Source: Chthonomonadales bacterium (lineage in GTDB: Bacteria; Armatimonadota; Chthonomonadetes; Chthonomonadales; Chthonomonadaceae). Taken from it: DNA of 48,653 nt. The notes beneath the pieces are model-generated. The model searched no databases. It was not told the origin of the DNA and saw only the letters and a program-made list of their open reading frames with translations. A program made the position numbers and the translations under genes. This document shows positions 48,608 to 48,653 of this stretch, piece by piece (positions within the stretch are counted from its first letter, which is position 1; each line of letters starts with the position of its first letter). Where the stretch lies: positions 1-48,653 of the forward strand of contig JBBQPO010000011.1 of the NCBI GenBank assembly GCA_038217285.1, in the 5' to 3' direction.

Positions 48608-48653
48608 GAGGGGCGCTAGCGCCTCACAAAAATCGCCCTTGTGTCCTCCACTA

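Overview
High-GC bacterial chromosomal segment. The lineage is most likely Armatimonadota-like; this is an inference from Gram-positive-type housekeeping genes occurring together with PEP-CTERM, LolA-like and DUF6785-like proteins. It is mostly core genome: purA, queA, moaA, pdxT, dusB, tdh, cdd, mnmA, proS, three tRNAs (Lys-UUU, Leu-CAA, Pro-UGG) and an ECF sigma / zinc anti-sigma / HtrA stress module. Accessory secreted or surface proteins sit next to two of the tRNAs. I found no integrase, transposase, CRISPR array or rRNA. The most unusual observations are: (1) a protein that fuses a catalytically degenerate HsdR-N-like PD-(D/E)xK nuclease domain to a C-terminal domain resembling one from phage head-assembly proteins; (2) a locally readable ECF regulon, with identical GGGAAC-N18-CGTATGTC sites in front of the sigma gene and a secreted beta-propeller gene; (3) a sigma54-type promoter in front of a PEP-CTERM gene; (4) an exact 14-bp direct repeat bracketing the ECF sigma gene; (5) an uncharacterised secreted di-heme cytochrome c. 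All family assignments come from motif recognition, not database searches.
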